DNA of 60,114 bases, the filler included, from Bonamia ostreae (lineage: Eukaryota): assembly GCA_040357525.1 (NCBI GenBank). It is 10 parts of 10 records of this genome, joined end to end, with 100 filler letters (N's around TTAATTAATTAA, not from the genome) between each part and the next. Parts side by side here need not be neighbours in the genome. Positions count along the whole stretch, not along the records: positions 12,102 to 18,046 come from JBDODL010000153.1; positions 18,147 to 24,087 come from JBDODL010000154.1; positions 24,188 to 30,123 come from JBDODL010000155.1; 7 more parts are not named here. One strand, given 5' to 3'. Below, piece after piece: positions 13,100-25,504 of the stretch. The stretch's first letter is position 1; each line of letters begins with the position of its first letter. The notes beneath the pieces are model-generated. The model searched no databases and was not told the origin of the DNA. It saw nothing but the letters and a program-made list of their open reading frames with translations. Position numbers and translations under genes: made by a program.

Positions 13100-13197
13100 C
13101 GACATGTAGTCAAAAACAAAGCTTCGAGATTCTCACAAAGGGCGAAAGGGAAAGTGGAGGGATTTGATTAAATCTTTATTGACTAGAAAAATTTAAA
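13100..13197 (+). repeat. Dispersed repeat, copy 1 (others at 42291-42378 + and 34668-34700 -)
   Basis: Shares cgacatgt..tc.aaaac.aagc.tcga.at and gattt..taaatctttattgacta with sequences on other contigs. Confidence 0.7.
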
Positions 13198-13314
13198 GAA
13201 ATGCGTTGCATTAGACGAATTTTTATCCATAAAAACGGATTATTGAAAATAGTTTAAGAATAGATCTTCTAAATTATTCAAAATTACAAATTTTTTAAAA
13301 TGTTTCAATTGAAT

Positions 13315-16300
13315 TTATTTCTTTTCCATTAAAAAAGTTTGATCGGAAACACAAAGTACTTTTTTTCCGTTAATTTTGCTGCAATCTAAAGTTTTTCTTG
13401 TCTGCTGGTCTGTAATCATGATCTTTTATAGAAATCGCAAAAACATCTGGTAGCTGTTGAATCCCCGATTTTAATGCAATGACGGTGTACCTTTTCTTCC
13501 CGAATTCGCCACTTTTCAACGTAACCACCCATTCTGTAATTCCGGAGATCAAAAAAACTGATTGAAAATCGGAGAAGCTAATTTTGTACTCTTTTGAATC
13601 AGCCGACCGATTCCAAATCGATAAAACTACTTCAAATGGCTTTTCTGTAACCGCCACATTCATAAAATCCAAGTCCAAAACCACTTCCATTTTTTCCAAT
13701 GACACTTTTAAGTCAAACCGCTTTTCCACCGAATTCTCACTCGATTCACTTTGATTGATAAATTTTTCAATTAATGATAATTCTCAACCATTTTTAACAA
13801 AACTTCATAAATTAATAAAAGCTACTTATAACTCCGAAATGACTTATCTTAATCAACATTTTTAAAAATGAGTTTAAAACTTTCTCTTGAGAACTACAGC
13901 GATGTAGCCAACGAAGCCAGTGGCTGAAATTTCTAACGGAAAGGATTCAACAATGTTGTCCTTCGACAAAATCTGACGGCCGCCCTCGAAAGCGATTTCC
14001 TTTGATTCGCTTTTAAAGATTTTTGCTGTTTTCGAGTTTTGGTTCTTTTTACAATTTACAAAAATTTCAAATTTTCATTTTCAATTTTTTCGTTTTCGTT
14101 TAAAATGTGATTAAAAATTATCAAAATATTGTAAAACCAAAACAAATTTGCTTTCCATTAAAAACAAATCCGATTTTGTCAAATTTGTCATTGTCACTTT
14201 TACGACAACAGTTCTCTTATTCGAACTCGAAATATCGTCGTTCTCTGCGATTTTCAATGGCTTCGCAATATAGTCGATTTGGCATTTTAAAGGGTCTCTT
14301 TAAATGTGACCAATCAAAAACATAAAGTTCAAAACAAAGTTCCCTCTTTTTTTAAAGAACAGTCCCTCGGAATCAGCAGACTGATTTTTCATCTAAAAAT
14401 AGCTCTAAAAACCTCGTAATAAATATCGAAAAATCCCGCTCTTGCGATATTAGTGGCGAAGAATAGATTGCAAGTGCGTGCTTTGACGATATGTAAAGCT
14501 TCGTCGTCTTTTATTGTGATAACACTTTGCCAGGACTCTCTCTTAATCACCTTTTCAAATTTTATGTCCGTTTCTGCTTCTATTTTGCAGATCGTTATTC
14601 CTTCGGGCACTTTTTAATTGTTATTGACAAAATTTAACGATAAAATTCGAAAAATGGGTACTTCAAATCTGCACCAATTCTTTCTAGTTTCATTTTTACA
14701 TGAAAATTTTCTCCTGTGATGGCTTCATCCATAAAATAAAATTTTGCTTCGATTAAAGATTTTGGTCTTTCTATCTCCAAATTTCTAAATTTTAAAGTTA
14801 TTGCAATTTTATAAAAATTTTATTTCCAAATTTTGTTATTTTTACAGATTTGTTAAAAATCAAATTTTAAAAATGAATTTTTACCCATTTTCGCCAAAAA
14901 AATCAAATTCAAAAATAAAATTTTTTGCCAAAATGCTGATTTTCTCGCATTTCAAGACGGTTTCTTTGTAGAAGGGTTTGATAAATTTGCAAAAACAAAT
15001 TTCTTCTTTCCCCAAATAATCCGTTTCCAGAAAAGTAGAATTTTGAACTCGTTTTCTCTTCGGATAAATTTCAAAATTTAGACTTTTCTCGTTGAACTCC
15101 ACCGAAATTCGATCAAAAAGCAATTTTAGTGGAAAGAAACTTTGCATTTTTAAATCAAAGTTTATTAATTCGTTCCATTCAATTTTCTTTTTACCAAATT
15201 TAATTTCAAGTTTTAAAATCTTGTTGTCGTTCATTTTTTTAACAAAATCGCTTTTGAAGTTTGGAGCAATATCCGAAAAAAGCATTTTTTGGATCGCTTC
15301 TTTCTCTTTGGCTGGGACTAAAACGGATTGATAAAATTTAACAATTTTTATCGTTTTCGTTTAAAAGAGAGAAAGCGCCGTCGACAGAACAGCCCAAATC
15401 GTTGATCTTGGCCGAAGACAAAACCATTTTTTCCGTCAAATTTGGAAGAATAGTCGGATAGTCAGTCCAAACTTTTCCAAAAAATTTCTCTTTTATCATT
15501 TCTTCGCACAACCTTTGATGGCTTAAAAATAACTTTTTGCAGCGTTTATATTTTCCTTCGTTAAACAAATAATCGACCATTTTTAATTTTACGAAAATTA
15601 AAAGATTCGAGTTTTTGTCCTTATTTTGTAAATTTTTGTTAGAAAAAACAAAAGTTGCGAATAAAAAACAATTTTGGCAAAAAATCAAAAATTTTGAAAA
15701 CCTTCGCCAAACTTTCGACGGCCATTTCAAAATGTTTCGTTATATATTTTATCAAATCTTCTGCGGACTCATTTTCCGCCGTTTTATTTCGATGGATCTT
15801 TAAACTCCTTTTCGCATTTTTTGCCGAGAGATAAAAATAATATCCTAATTACGATTGTCAAAAATTTTTTGGGAAATAATTTGATTCCTAAAACTCTAAA
15901 ACAGCAAAATTAAGAAATTATGTGTTTTAAAAATTACCAGACGCACAAACAACTCCATTTTCGAATTGCGGAGCGCTGTCCGAATTCGCCAGTTCTTTTC
16001 CCAAAAATTCGCATCTGTTTTTGTTAAAGATTTCGAAACTGTGAAGAGACCCAATTGAAATAAAATGGCAATTTCAGATTTTTTTCAGAGAGAGCTCTAA
16101 ATTTCTCCAAATGACGACAAAACAGATTTAACGAATCCGCTATCGGTTGTTTCCCCAAATCTCGTTTCAATTGCTAAAATTAGTTCGGAAACTTTTAGAA
16201 TTGCAAAGGCGGCGATTTCCATTATTTCAACGAATTCACCGTCTTTCATCAAAAAAATATATTCGAAAACGTCGCTGTAAACGTCTTTCCAAAGTTTTGC

Positions 16301-17001
16301 AGAATGCTTAAAATTTTGGATTGCTTCTGCCATTAAAGCGGAAATCACTTTGTTGAATAAATTTTCTCGTGCGAATTCTCGTTGTTTGTTCAAATCCACA
16401 AGTTTTTTTTGTTCGAGCGATTTTAAAGCTTTTCCGAAATAATTTGAATGAGTTGTTTTCAACATGTTGATAACTCTAATTTTTTGGATGAAAATTTAGC
16501 AAACTGTTTGTTGTCGACACTGTCCGGATATAAAATCTTTGGATTAATGTCGATTTTTGTGAAAAGCGAATTCAATCTTTTAAGATTCCGATCAAACTTT
16601 TCTCCTTTTGGGCTAAAAACGAGCGCTTCTTCGAATTGGATTATCCCGTTTTGTCTTTTTTTTAAATAATTTTACTTTAATTCTTTCAGTCGATTAAAAT
16701 GAAGCTCTATTTCGTTGAAATGCTTTTCTTCGGTGGAATTTTTGTCGAAAAAGATAATCGCGACGAACGGATTAAAGCTCAAATGGCGTTTAATCAATTC
16801 TTCGATGAAATTAATGTTTTTGGGTTCTTCGATGTTCGCCCTTTTTATAATCGAAGTATATTCGGGGATTCCTAAAACGTTGAAGCTTTCTTGTAGAAAA
16901 TGGATTTTTTCTATATCCGAAACTGAATCGCAATCGAGCATTAGAATAGAAGGAAGAAAAGAATTTACAAGAGAATCCGGAATTTGTCTTTTTGTAAACA
17001 T
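13315..17001 (-). CDS. TRAPPC11: TRAPP III subunit TRAPPC11-like, many exons
   Basis: Long run of same-strand ORF fragments joined by GT-AG introns; helical N-half, beta-rich C-half and C-terminal YTVIALKSGIQQLPD. Boundaries approximate. Confidence 0.6.
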
Positions 17002-17189
17002 TTCGGATTTAGGAATAAGCTTTAGAAATTTTCAAAAGATTAACCTTTTCACATAAAATTTGGTTATAAAATGTCGTCAAAATTTTTATTGTGTCAAAAT
17101 CCGTTGTTTGTAAAATTTTCCGTTTTTAAACATTTTGAGTAAAATTTTTTGCAATCCCATATAACCATCCATTTTGCTCAAATCGCGAA

Positions 17190-18046
17190 ATGGCTTTAGT
17201 CGAACAAAATAACCAAAAAAGTGCCAAAAACACACAGGCGGCGCACACCAATCTGTCGGATCGCGTCATTTCTGAAGCGCCGCCTTGCGCCGCCGCCTTA
17301 AAATTAAACCCCGCTTTAGTTTACCAAACAAAGAAACATTTCTCGCAACTCCCGATTTCCCCCAAAACGCTAAAAGGGCTCCATTCCGGTGGATTTGCAA
17401 AGATGACCGATATCCAAAAACAGGCCATCCCACACGCGCTCGCTGGACGAGACGTCCTCGGCGCAGCCAAAACCGGCTCCGGAAAGACTTTAGCTTTCCT
17501 AATACCGATTCTGGAAAACCTGTACAGACATCACTGGAGTTCGGAACAAGGCCTGGGAGCCCTAGTCATATCCCCCACGCGGGAACTCTCTCTGCAAATC
17601 TTCCAAGTTCTGAGGGCGATAGGCGGAAACCACTCTTTTTCCGCCTGTCTGGCCATCGGAGGACTTTCGAAGGGAAACGCGATGAACAGAGAAAAAAATC
17701 TCATATCCAGAATCAACATTCTGATCTGCACTCCCGGCAGATTGCTTCAACACATGAACGAAACCGCCGATTTCTCTTGTGACAACCTGCGAATGCTCGT
17801 TTTAGACGAAGCAGACCGTCTTTTGGAAATGGGGTTCGAACGCGAAATTAAGGCTATTTTGGATAATTTGCCGCCGGTTAGGCAGACGCTGTTGTTCTCA
17901 GCGACACAAAACTTGAACATCGTTCGCTCTTTGGCCAATTTGAGTTTGGTTTCGCCGGAACTCGTAGCGGTTCTATTTTCAAACTTTGCAGCCACATGAA
18001 AAATCGCTCAAAGCTACTCCGTCGAAACTGGTTCAGCAATACATCG
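17190..18046 (+). CDS. DDX10: DEAD-box RNA helicase DDX10/Dbp4, truncated by contig end
   Basis: [34 protein letters not shown] and QTLLFSATQ; after a 22-nt intron (17970-17991) [16 protein letters not shown]. Confidence 0.9.
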
Positions 18047-18306
18047 NNNNNNNNNNNNNNNNNNNNNNNNNNNNNNNNNNNNNNNNNNNNTTAATTAATT
18101 AANNNNNNNNNNNNNNNNNNNNNNNNNNNNNNNNNNNNNNNNNNNNGTTTAATTTAAAAATTAGCCAATTATCTTAAATTTAATATTTTTAGACAGTTTT
18201 TCTTTTTAAAAAACTATTTTGTAAACTAAATATTAAAAACTACTGCGGGATCTTATTAAAACAATTTTGAAAATAGCCATTCGCTAAACAAAATTATTAA
18301 GTCGCA

Positions 18307-20672
18307 ATGGATTTGGTTTTTGCTTTGATGATTTGCTCCCTTGTAAGCTTTGGTCACGCTCGTTCTTTTCAGATCATCCATCAGGAAAAGAACGGAGAAA
18401 TAAAGTTGAACCATTCCGGTTTAGACGAGATTCGATTACGAGCAGCCAAATACGACCATGTTAAAGTCATCTCAGTTATCGGGTTTGTTAAAGATACTTT
18501 AGGCCATATCGCACTGGAAAATCATTTTTGTTGAACATTTTGCGGAATGGAATAAACTTTGAACTAAATGGATTAAAGGCCAAAGAAGAAAATTTTCAGG
18601 TGGGTTCTACAGTGCAACCTTGCACACTCGGGGTCTGGGCACAACCTGAAATAATTGATGGAAAATTTTTTCTTTTTCTTGACACTGTACATTTTTATTT
18701 TGATCGGCAAAAACACCGTTATTTCTAAAAAATGCCATGAAAACATTTATCATTCAATAAATTTTTCCATTTTTCGTCAAGACGGGTCTTTTCTCGCCAG
18801 CCACTTCTGAGCAATCGGACGCGCGTCTCCTGGCGATAATTTCTCTTCTTAGCTCAAAGATTATTTACAATCATTTCGGCGTCATCGATGCTTCCGAAAT
18901 TTCAAGATTCTCGTTTTGAAATATTAACTGTTAGATTTATAGTTCGATATACCAAAAGTATATCAGGTGTATTGTCACAACGCAAAAACGCAGAAACGGT
19001 TACAGAACTGAGACCTGATTTGCTGTGGCTTTCCAGAGATTTTTATCTCGATTTGAAAGACGATGTTTTAGCACTTAATTAAAGAGAGGACGCAACATAT
19101 CTGCCACAGAGTGGTTGAAAAGCGTTTTGGGGAGAGTCCAATTCGGAAAAGAACTTAACAAGCTTTTCTACAAAATAAAGGCGTTTACTTTGCCGTTTCC
19201 GTCGAAAAACGTCGAAAATCTCAAGTTTTTAATGAAGAAAAAATTAATTTTTATAATTTGTTATAATTTGCGATTGTTTTATTAATTTGGATCATTTAAT
19301 GATTTTCCAATCGAAAAATTTGCAAAATAAACTTTCTACAACTCTGATAAATATCAAGAAATCTGGACGAAGACAAGTTGAGCGACGAATTCAAATCAAA
19401 CTTTGAAAAGTTGAGAAACGAAGTCATTTTGTTTTGTTCTTCTCAAAAATAGAAACTCGAAAGACAAAATTGTGAACGGGAAAAAGTTATCAATGGCGGC
19501 TTTGACAAACTTTGTCGAAGTCTACAGTTTGGCACTCAACGAAGAAAGCGCTTTCTCAACTTTAACAACGGTCAATTCTCTGTTGTCTCTCGTGAAAGAA
19601 AGACTGTTGCGGAGAGCTCTGGAGGGAATCGAAAAGGCGTTTAAGCAAATTGTTCTCCCGGTGCCAAAAGAACATCTAAGAAAAGAAGCCTCCAAAATCC
19701 AGAAGAAGTTTTCAGATTTTGTCCGATCGGAAAGTTTTGGCGAGACAGAAGAACATTTTGAAAACAGATTAGAGAACATTTTGAGCAAACGCTTCATTGA
19801 CATTTATGTCGGCTTCAGCCGAAAAAATGAAATGGCCACACAAGAATACGTCAATTCGTATATTGATTTGCTGGTCGAAGACTACAGAGCCCATTTTGAT
19901 CCAGTTTTTACAGTTCATCCAAAAAGAACGCATTTCCGATAAGAAGGGAACGTCTTTTATCTGAATCGGAAAAGCGGTTCGAAGTGACGAACAAAAAATT
20001 TGTGGAAAAAATTGGCGAAAAAATGGGCAGCTCGTTCGACTTTGAAGACGGTTTAGACAAGTTGGAATCCAAATTGAAGAAAAGCGAGAAGATCTTAATT
20101 GGCGCTAATCAGTTTAAAGAACAATTTTAACTTTCAAAGAAAAAGTGTTCTTGAAAAGTGTGAAAAATTGAATACGGAATTTTTGGGAGAACATTTTTCC
20201 GAAGAAAAGATCGAGAAATTTTATGATATGGGGGATTTTGAAGGAAAGACAAAAAAGTTTTTGCAAATCTTGTCTGAAAAGTGTTTTAGTGAAAAAAGAC
20301 AAAAAGGTTTTTGTTGCTAAAAATAGAATTTATTCGCCAATTTTATACGAGCGATGTTACAGAGCGCGTCAAGAACAATATAGAAAGAGCCGAGAAATGG
20401 CACCGAAAAGTGGTTTTCGCGTGTTTTCTGATGTTCGCTGCCTCATTTGTGATGCCGTTGGTTTATTTGAAGTTTTCGTGTTTTGGTATTTTTGGTTTTC
20501 TAATTTAAATAAAGTTGTCACTGGTGCACTGTTGCACACAAAATATCCTTTGTTGACCAAAAAATACGGGTTTTGGAAGTTTTTTGAGGTTGTTTTTGTA
20601 GAGGGGAAAAACTTGGTGATCTCGTTATTTTCGTCCATATTTGCATTATTGAAAATTTTTGCGAGTGAATAA
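18307..20672 (+). CDS. Guanylate-binding protein/atlastin-family GTPase with signal peptide and C-terminal TM region
   Basis: Spliced G motifs: VISVIGPYRTGKSFLLN, STVQPCTLGVW, FLDTTGL and LLWLSRDF; helical middle; hydrophobic VVFACFLMFAASFVMPLVYL near the C-terminus. Confidence 0.85.
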
Positions 20673-20964
20673 ATTTGCAATTTTAGTGCTCTAAATGTCT
20701 GTTTTTAGTCAAGATTTAATAAATTTGTTAATTTTTGTCGATGGCGTTTCGCTTTCGAAGATTTAATCGTATTTTTAGCAATTTATTTGTAAATGCTTCA
20801 AAAAAAATTGGTAAATTTTGACACAAAAATATTCTAAATTCACAAAACAAAAAGCGATTGAATAAAATAACAAAATAATAAAATAACAAAACAAAAAGCG
20901 ATTAAATAAAATAACAAAAAAGCGATTTAATAAATTAAAATTATAAATAATATAACATTTAATG

Positions 20965-23711
20965 TCAGCATAGAAGTGTCTTGCTAAAGTCGTCAAATTT
21001 AAACAAATCCTTCAACATGTAGTTTTCCATGTTGCTTTTTTCAAAAGGATAGAAAATCTCTTGCTCCAAAGGGTCAATTATATCCGACAGCGTCTTCCCG
21101 TCCATATCCACATCGGTCGTGTTCGTTCTCTTTTCCTGGTTTCCAATGTTCATCTGGTCGGGAAGCTTTTCCTTTCCACACGCCATGTTCAAATAGTATT
21201 TGTTCAGCACACCGTTCATGTCATTCTTGAAAACGTTCTTCCAGCGATTTTCGTCTTCGTCGAGGCCTTCAAACTATGATTTTATAGAAAAAGTGAGGGA
21301 AAATCACGACAAACGGTGTTGTAGTCAAGAAAGTTATTGTCCAAGTAAGAAATCGAACGTCCTTTGTATCTAAATTTTTCTGTTTGTACTTTTAGAATTA
21401 TATTTTTATCCACCAACTTCAAAATCGGTTTAAAATTTGTTCATGCACATTTAAACGATCATTTTTAACGATAAATAAACGATTTTTGATTTGGTTTTGT
21501 GAAAGAATGCATTTATCAACGTCAAAATCGTCTCGCAAAAGCGGATCTGGTTCTTCTTCTCCTAAAACTGAACGCAAAGGAGGAATGCACTTATTCTTGG
21601 AACTATAAAATTTTCAATTTAACATGAAATGAGAATGGCGAAGTTTGTATCTATAGTTGTAAGGCAGACCATATCGTTGACTGGGTTTATAAAAAGCGCT
21701 TGACCGACATTTTATGACGTTTCCGTCGTACATTTTAATAGCAAACCATGTTCCCGGGTATATAGGCGCTGCGTATATCGTCGCATATGTGTCTTTGAAC
21801 AAACGAATGTAACAACAATAAAATCGTCATTATACTTTGACAACAATAAAATCGCCATTAATCTGTAACAACAATAAAATCGACATTAATCTGTAACAAC
21901 AATAAAATCGCCATTAATCTGTAACAACAATAAAATCGCCATTAATCTGTAACAACATTAAAATCATCATTAATCTGTAACAACATTAAATCGTCATTAA
22001 TCTGTAACAATAATAAAATCGTCACATAAAATATAAAATCAATATTTTGTAAAAACTAAAATATCGACTAAGTTTTTTTTTCATTCTGTCATTTTGCTGA
22101 TCACGCTCTTTAATAATGATTTTTTGGCCTTCTGGAAAATCCTGTGAAGTTTAAATTGTAAAATTACCGACATTGGAATCCGTCCAGCGCGAGGTTTTGC
22201 TCGAGGTGTTTCAATCAAACTTTTAAAATTGTTGTATTATTATGATTTGGTTAACCCTCCTTTGATTTTTCTTTCATTCTTTCTAAGTGGAGCGTGGATA
22301 CTTGGCGTCTTTACAGAATAATTTTTTGTAGATTTGAAATGAGCATCCTCGTAGTTTTTAAGAAAACTTTGATTAAAAAGTTAAACTTAACTAATGATGT
22401 CATTTTTTATAATAAAATAATTTCAAAATTTTTTAATAAAATGGTTCCATGGATTAAATTTAAAAATATAAAACCATTTGCTCATTTTCGGTATTTTATG
22501 CTCCTTTCGGGTGTTCTATTTTTTTCGGTTCCAATTCATTATTTTCCTTTTATCCGTACTCTTTTTTCGTCCAGTCATTCATTTTTATAATTAAATCTTT
22601 TTAATTAATTTTCATTCGTTTTATCAGCACTCTTTACAAATCAATTTCTATTTATAAAAATAAATTTCAATTTCGTTTATCAATTTAACATTTGTATTAA
22701 TTTTTGCCATTTATAAAGTTGATTATTATTTTTAAAATTTTAATATTTGTCAAAATCGATCGAATTACCATTTACACAAATTCAAATTTGATTAAAAAAA
22801 TTTTAAAAATACATTTATTGCGTCGTTTTTTGATTTCAACACTTTTTATTAAATTTCCTTTTCTTTTTGTTTTTGTCTTTTGGCATATTTATTTTTTCAT
22901 CAGTCACAAAATTCTTATCTGATAAACTTTCATCTTTGTTGTTTTCAAAATTTTCAGTTTCTGTGTTTATTGTTGTGACATTAATTTCTTTATTGTCCAT
23001 TTTGTCACTATTTGCTTTTTCTTTCTTATTATCGGCAACAACATTTTTATCTTTATTATTTTCTTTGTCAGTTTTTTCGCCATTATCGACAATATTTTTA
23101 TCGATCTTTTTCATTCGAATAGAATTAGATCGAGTCTTTAGGATAAAACCATCATCCATTTTGATGGTAAACCAGGTACTCGGATATAACGGCTTTTTTA
23201 ATACAATTCCTTCTGCACCAATGTACTTTTCTGTTTTTTTCTTTGCTCCAATCAAAATGATTTTCGAACCGACAACAAGTTTATTTCTCAATTTCGCACC
23301 GAAGTAATTCTCAGTTATTTTTTTCACGTTTTCGTGAACTTTTATTTGCGATTGTTTCTCGTCCTTTTTTCTGTCATTCTTGGCAAACAAATCTCTGTTG
23401 CGTTCGTTTTTGTTGTTATTATTGTTTTCCGTCAAGAAATCATTATTTTTAATTCTCTTAGAACGTCTTCGATCTTTTGCCGCCTGAAAAGAATCACTCG
23501 ATTTTTCCTCTATTTCTGACAATTTTTTTTCCTCTTTTTCACTATTTTCGGTTTCGTTGAAATCGACATATTTTCGATTGCGTTTTTTAATTCTTGAAGA
23601 TTTTCGAGGAGTGTATTTGAAGAAGATTTTGCTAACGTCAACTTCTGGATATTTTTCAAGAATATTTTTGTACAATTTTAACACATCTTCTCTTATTTCT
23701 TTCGATGTCAA
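20965..23711 (-). CDS. Hypothetical protein with two copies of a KOW/SH3-like module; 5' exon unresolved
   Basis: PLYPSTWFTIKMDDGFILKTRSN (~23130-23200) and PIYPGTWFAIKMYDGNVIKCRSS (~21700-21770), linked by low-complexity K/N/E/D sequence and GT-AG introns. Confidence 0.55.
21808..22025. repeat. 28-nt minisatellite, about 8 copies, intronic
   Basis: Unit tgtaacaacaataaaatcgccattaatc. Confidence 0.9.
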
Positions 23712-24279
23712 ACTAATTTTTTAGAAACGATTTTATTTGATTGAAAATTTTAACGTTTTTTGTCAATTTTTTTTATATATTTGTTAAGAAAATATTATTT
23801 TGACTCTAAAATTTTAATGCATCTTCGCAATTTTTATTTTTTTTCAACAATTGCAAAAATTAGAAAATTTGCACAATCATAAACGACATCAATAAATTTG
23901 TTGAATATTTAATTAAATTTTGCCAACTATTTATAAAAAAAATTTGTTAAGCAATTTGACCAAACAGAAATAATTACAAAAAAATTAGCGTTTTAATAAA
24001 ATTTGTTCAAAAAAAACAGAAATCGTTTTAATATGATTTCTTAGAAAAAAACGGAAAAAATTACAAAAAATTTTAATGATTTAATATNNNNNNNNNNNNN
24101 NNNNNNNNNNNNNNNNNNNNNNNNNNNNNNNTTAATTAATTAANNNNNNNNNNNNNNNNNNNNNNNNNNNNNNNNNNNNNNNNNNNNCAATTTTTAAATA
24201 AATCTTCATTATTGTTATAATTAAAATTTCTTAAAATAAATATTTATTCCTATTTAACAAATAAAAATTGTAGCTTCTC

Positions 24280-24900
24280 ATGAGATACAAAACAAAAACA
24301 ATTTACAAATTGACAGAAAGTTTTTACAAATTTTTAACTAATAAACAAATAAGATTTATTCTTATTTCAATAATCTATTCTGTGAAGCTTCTCCTTCCAA
24401 TCACGTCTGTCCTTTACTCCGTTTTCGCTGAAAAATCAATTGATAATTTTAGAATTACGTTAGAATACACAATGAGTTTGTATTGCTCGCATACAATTCT
24501 CACAAATCTTCTTTTGGTGAAACAAAAGCGATTCACTATTTATTCAATCTATTGCATTCTGACGATCAATGCTGTTCACCTAACTTTATTTTTTCTCGAA
24601 ATCGACTTTGTTTATTCCATTGAGTGGAGTTGGTTCCTCTTATTGTGGGGAATGCTTTTATCCTACGTTGAAAAGAAAAGAGAGAAGGTTTCGATAGCAG
24701 CAGCTATTTCTTCGTTTACTTATTTATTGTTGTCTGGATATACGACTTACCGAGGTTATATTCCAAGCTGGCTGGGCTGGAAAATATCTCTTGGGATTAC
24801 ATTCTCATTGTTTGGTGTAGATTACATCGCATTTCTGGTTATTTACTGGACAACGATGAGAAAAAACTCAGATACAAAAAGTAAAGATCACTACTATTAA
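24280..24900 (+). CDS. Hypothetical multi-pass membrane protein
   Basis: 206-aa uninterrupted ORF with about 6 hydrophobic segments; family not recognised. Confidence 0.5.
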   Translation: MRYKTKTIYKLTESFYKFLTNKQIRFILISIIYSVKLLLPITSVLYSVFAEKSIDNFRITLEYTMSLYCSHTILTNLLLVKQKRFTIYSIYCILTINAVHLTLFFLEIDFVYSIEWSWFLLLWGMLLSYVEKKREKVSIAAAISSFTYLLLSGYTTYRGYIPSWLGWKISLGITFSLFGVDYIAFLVIYWTTMRKNSDTKSKDHYY

Positions 24901-25321
24901 ATGAGACTTAATTATTTTTCTTAATAGACAAAAGATGATCAAAAAATAATTTTAATAGACAATGTTATAATGGACACAAACATAACTGTAACAATCAAAT
25001 ATTCAAGAATATAAAACTAGATTCTATTTGAAAAGAAGTACTTTACAGTAATTTTTTGTACAATTTTGTGAGTATAAAAATGAACTCAAAAAACTTTCAT
25101 TAATAATTTCTTGATTAGATATGTGGAAGCGAAAAGAATTGATCGTCATAACATTAAACAAAAAAATAAGTGTAAACATTATTTTTAATGATTTCTTGTT
25201 TAAAGTCTCATTTATTCTTGTACCTCAATTAAAAAAATTTAAATCATATTTTAATGAAAAAATTGCGAATTTGAAAATTAAAACAAAAATTATCTAAAAT
25301 AATAGAGATTGAACTTTAAAA

Positions 25322-25394
25322 TACGCTGAGCGAGGATCGAACTCGCGACCTGTCGCGTGTTAGGCGACCGTCATAACCACTAGACCACCAGCGC
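25322..25394 (-). tRNA. tRNA-Val(AAC)
   Basis: Full cloverleaf: GCGCTGG/TCAGCGT acceptor stem, GTCGC-CTAACAC-GCGAC anticodon arm, GCGAG-TTCGATC-CTCGC T arm; 73 nt, no encoded CCA. Confidence 0.96.
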
Positions 25395-25504
25395 TCAAAT
25401 GAAATTTAAATTATTTTGTATAAAAATATTTGCGTTGTAATTTAAGTTCAATCAAAAACGCATTAAAAATATTTGTATAAAAATATTTACGAAATTTCGA
25501 AAGA

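Noticed and set aside
23713-23728. Possible 16-nt intron (gtttctaaaaaattag)
   Set aside because: No open upstream exon supports this donor; more likely the 3' end of a longer intron.
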